Below, in pieces: positions 61,186 through 64,000 of a stretch of 64,000 nucleotides of DNA (positions within the stretch are counted from its first letter, which is position 1; the number at the start of each line of letters is the position of its first letter). The translations under genes and the position numbers were made by a program. The notes beneath the pieces were generated by a model. The model made no database searches. It saw only the letters and a program-made list of their open reading frames with translations, and had not been told where the DNA came from. Source of the DNA: an uncultured Ruminococcus sp. (GTDB taxonomy: Bacteria; Bacillota; Clostridia; Oscillospirales; CAG-382); assembly GCA_902772845.1 (NCBI GenBank), contig CACYCI010000004.1, forward strand, positions 908 through 64,907, in the 5' to 3' direction.

Positions 61186-63303
61186 ATGGAATTCGCATCT
61201 GCAAACGGAATAAAACGCCCGGTCAGGTGTTCCGAACAAACGCGCGCTTTTGCGCGCGAATCCATGGACCGCAAATACGGTCTGGAATCGCGCAAGACGC
61301 CGTTCGTCTGCGTTACCGTTCCCGAAAACGCCACCGCTTACGAAAGATACGACGCCGCCATACGCAAGATCGCCGAAGAAGCGCCCGTGCGTATATGCGA
61401 AAACGAGCTGATAAGCGGCGCGGCGACGCTGGGCGGAGCGATAGAACACAAGCCGGCGCAGATCAACGGCGTGTTCCCGTATCTGGGGCTGAGCCATCTG
61501 ACCGTGGATTTTTACACCGCGGTATTCTGCGGGCTGAACAAAGTCCGCGCCGACATGCGCGATTCATACGAAAAGCACCGCGGCACGGAACGCGAGCCGT
61601 TTTTGAAAAGCTGCCTGAACACGCTGGAAAGCTTTGATATATGGCGCAGGAGGTATCTGGAACGCCTGAAAGACCTGCCCGGGTACGAAAAAAACTATCA
61701 AAATCTTTGCCGGGTCCCCAACGAGCCCGCGCGCAGCTTTCATGAAGCGGTGCAGAGTCTGTGGTTCTGCTTTGCTTTTTTGCGCCTTTGCGGCAACTGG
61801 CCGGGCATAGGCAGGATAGACGAGATCCTGGGCGGCTTTTTGAAAAACGACCTTGAAAACGGCGTGCTGACGCTTTCCGCCGCGCGTGAGATACTTGCGC
61901 ATTTCTTTATAAAAGGGTGCGAATGGGTGTGCGGCGGCGATTACGGCAGCGGCGATGCCCAGCATTATCAGAACATCGTGCTCGCCGGAGTGGACAGCAA
62001 CGGCAGCGAAGTGATGAACGAAGTCACGTATCTTGTGCTGGACGTTATAGAGGAATTCGGCATAAGCGATTTCCCCACAACGGTCCGGCTCAACAAAAAT
62101 ACCGATCCCAAGCTGCTCGAACGCGTAGCCGAGGTGATGCGGTTCGGCGGCGGCGTGCTCGCAGTCTACAACGAAGACCTTATCATAGATTCGCTCGTCC
62201 GCTACGGATACGCGCTTACGGAGGCGCGAAAATTCGCCAACGACGGCTGCTGGGAGGTGCAGATACCGGGCAAAACCTATTTTTCGTATGTCCCGCGTGA
62301 TTTTCTTGGACTGCTGCAGCATTCCACGCTGCGCGGGTACGCGCCGGGCACGGATTTTGCGGATTTCGATTCGCTTTATAACGCTTATCTCGGCGACGTA
62401 AAGGGCCTGCTCGAAAGCATACTCGCCGAAACGAACGGACAGTTCGCAAGCCGCGACCCGTGGGTGTGGCGCAAGCAGGCGCCCTGCACCGCCGTTTCGC
62501 TGTTTGAACAGGGCTGCGTGGAAAAAGGGCTTTCGTACTTAGAAGGCGGCCCCGTATATAACGTGATATCGCCGCATCTTGGCGGGCTGGCGGACGTAGT
62601 GAACAGCCTGTTTGCCATAAAAAAGCTGGTTTACGATGATAAAAAGGTGAGCTTTCCCGATCTTATGACGATCCTCCGCGCCGATTGGGAGGGCGCAGAG
62701 CCGCTGCGGCAGTACGCGCTTAACAAATACGTCTATTACGGCAACGACAGCGACGAAGTCGACGCGCTGTGCCAACGGCTGATTTCGGATTATGCCGATC
62801 TGTGCGATTCCCTTAACGGGAGGTCGGGTTACGTTTTTCCGGGCGGCGTAAGCACGTTCGGCAGGCAGCTCGAATGGTCGCACAACAGACTTGCCTGCCC
62901 TTACGGCAGAAAAAAGGGCGAAATACTCGCGCCCAACGCCTCGCCCACACCGGGGACCGACACGCTCGGCGCCACGGCGATAATCAGGTCTTACTGCAAA
63001 AACGACCTTGCAAAACTTCCGGTCGGAGCCGCGCTGGATATAAAGCTGCTGCCTTCCGCCGCGCTGGGCGAAGACGGCGTGAACGCGCTCGTTGCGCTGA
63101 TGCGCGGTTTCGTGGAGCTTGGCGGTTTCTTTATGCAGCCCGACGTGGCTGACGCCGCGGTGCTGCGCGCCGCACAGGAACACCCGGAAGACCACCTTAC
63201 GCTTTCGGTACGCGTATCCGGCTGGAACGCGCGGTTCGTAACGCTGAACAAAGAATGGCAGGACATGGTGATAGAACAGAATGAATGCGGCTGCGGATAC
63301 TGA
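61186..63303 (+). CDS. Glycyl radical enzyme (PFL2/dehydratase-lyase clade), short 705-aa form, substrate unknown
   Basis: The C-terminal glycyl-radical motif is LSVRVSGWNARFV (Gly codon 63220..63222). The Cys loop is NDGCWEVQ (Cys 62248..62250, Glu 62254..62256). PFL2-like core blocks are present (FHEAVQSLWF.., GRIDE..). Confidence 0.9.
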   Translation: MEFASANGIKRPVRCSEQTRAFARESMDRKYGLESRKTPFVCVTVPENATAYERYDAAIRKIAEEAPVRICENELISGAATLGGAIEHKPAQINGVFPYLGLSHLTVDFYTAVFCGLNKVRADMRDSYEKHRGTEREPFLKSCLNTLESFDIWRRRYLERLKDLPGYEKNYQNLCRVPNEPARSFHEAVQSLWFCFAFLRLCGNWPGIGRIDEILGGFLKNDLENGVLTLSAAREILAHFFIKGCEWVCGGDYGSGDAQHYQNIVLAGVDSNGSEVMNEVTYLVLDVIEEFGISDFPTTVRLNKNTDPKLLERVAEVMRFGGGVLAVYNEDLIIDSLVRYGYALTEARKFANDGCWEVQIPGKTYFSYVPRDFLGLLQHSTLRGYAPGTDFADFDSLYNAYLGDVKGLLESILAETNGQFASRDPWVWRKQAPCTAVSLFEQGCVEKGLSYLEGGPVYNVISPHLGGLADVVNSLFAIKKLVYDDKKVSFPDLMTILRADWEGAEPLRQYALNKYVYYGNDSDEVDALCQRLISDYADLCDSLNGRSGYVFPGGVSTFGRQLEWSHNRLACPYGRKKGEILAPNASPTPGTDTLGATAIIRSYCKNDLAKLPVGAALDIKLLPSAALGEDGVNALVALMRGFVELGGFFMQPDVADAAVLRAAQEHPEDHLTLSVRVSGWNARFVTLNKEWQDMVIEQNECGCGY

Positions 63304-64000
63304 GATATTCATAACCGAAATACAGCGTTTTTGTATGCACGACGGCCCCGGACTGCGCACGACAGTCTTTTTCAAGGGCTGCCCGCTTCGGTGCGCGTGG
63401 TGCCACAACCCCGAAACGCAAAAACGCGAAAAGCAGCTTTTGTTTTATAAAAAGAAATGCATTGCCTGCGCCGCGTGCGCGGTCTGCCCGAACGGAGCGC
63501 ACGTTTTCGGCGGAGCCGGGCATGCGCTCGACCGCGAAAAATGTTCGGTCTGCGGCAAATGCGCCGATATATGCCCCGCGGGCGCGCTGCAGATCTGCGG
63601 CAAAACGATGACTGCGGCAGCGATCTTTGCGGAAATAGAAAAAGACCGCGCGTTTTACGGAAAAAACGGCGGAGTTACGGTATCGGGCGGGGAGCCGTTT
63701 GCAAACCACGAAGGTCTGTTGGCGCTGCTTTCGGTCTGCAAGGCGCGCGGCATAAACACAGCGGTGGACACCTGCGGCTTTTTCAACAGCGGCCTGCTTG
63801 AAAGCGTAGTACCGCTGACCGATCTGTTTTTGTGGGACGTAAAGGACACCGATCCCGTGCGGCACAAGCGCTTTACCGGGGCGGAAAACGGCATAATACT
63901 GCAAAATCTGCGCCGCGCGGACGCGCTGGGCGCAAAGATCCGTCTGCGCTGCATACTCGTCAACGGCGTGAACACCGACGATGCGCATTACGCGGCGGTG
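63281..64000 (+). CDS. Glycyl-radical enzyme activating protein (radical SAM), 3'-partial
   Basis: This gene is not in the ORF track because it runs off the window. I translated frame 2 from ATG 63281 as MNAAADTEIFITEIQRFCMHDGPGLRTTVFFKGCPLRCAWCHNPE... The CX3CX2C motif is at 63380..63403. A ferredoxin-like Cys-rich insert follows (CIACAACAVCP..CSVCGKCADICP). It overlaps the GRE gene by 23 nt. Confidence 0.9.
   Translation, partial: MNAAADTEIFITEIQRFCMHDGPGLRTTVFFKGCPLRCAWCHNPETQKREKQLLFYKKKCIACAACAVCPNGAHVFGGAGHALDREKCSVCGKCADICPAGALQICGKTMTAAAIFAEIEKDRAFYGKNGGVTVSGGEPFANHEGLLALLSVCKARGINTAVDTCGFFNSGLLESVVPLTDLFLWDVKDTDPVRHKRFTGAENGIILQNLRRADALGAKIRLRCILVNGVNTDDAHYAAV

Noticed and set aside
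1-64000. A whole-window look for tRNA/rRNA genes, CRISPR repeats, IS elements, integrases, toxin-antitoxin pairs and known defence-system signatures.
   Set aside because: No intergenic region is long enough, or has the conserved T-loop/anticodon-arm features, for a tRNA. No short repeat-spacer periodicity was seen. No ORF shows transposase, integrase or nuclease-helicase defence motifs. The only repeats found are those reported above.

Overview
GC-rich (by eye about 55-60%), gene-dense chromosomal segment with Firmicutes/Clostridia-type gene order. That taxonomic call is an inference from synteny and protein signatures only. I call about 50 protein genes. Reading the intergenic spaces, I found no rRNA, tRNA, CRISPR array, transposase or integrase.

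The core (9.8-58.2 kb) is housekeeping, in three blocks:
- Minus-strand block: ispH-S1 fusion, plsC, udp, cmk, U32, sirtuin, rqcH, nif3, split transketolase.
- Classical division-adjacent cluster: yggS(ylmE)-sepF-yggT-divIVA-ileS-lspA-rluD, preceded by queA and miaA.
- A 25-kb co-directional plus-strand string: ruvCAB, methyltransferase, ecfA1A2-ecfT-truA, DUF5711-like, cvpA, pgsA, clpC-like, P-type-ATPase-like, murB, whiA, dnaE, PBP1A, MacB-like ABC, SPFH.

The two flanks look accessory:
- 0-9.8 kb: DUF4855-like protein, transglutaminase-like lipoprotein, an orphan phage-type regulator, a cohesin+dockerin protein, and a large repeat-rich surface protein.
- 58.2-64 kb: lipoprotein, orphan solute-binding lipoprotein, and a glycyl-radical enzyme with its activase.

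I see no clear multi-gene novel system. The most noteworthy observations are:
1. A perfect CtsR-type operator array in the leader of an uncharacterised lipoprotein gene.
2. A cluster of LexA-box-like sites plus a promoter/terminator-bounded short transcription unit upstream of the orphan phage-type regulator.
3. A P-type ATPase homologue in which every catalytic motif I could align is degenerate.
4. A single in-frame TAA separating the surface protein from its last repeat and its membrane anchor.
5. A 66-bp direct repeat duplicating the 3' end of queA.
6. An unusually short C-x-E glycyl-radical enzyme with its own strong promoter.

All functional calls come from motif recognition by eye. No database search was run.
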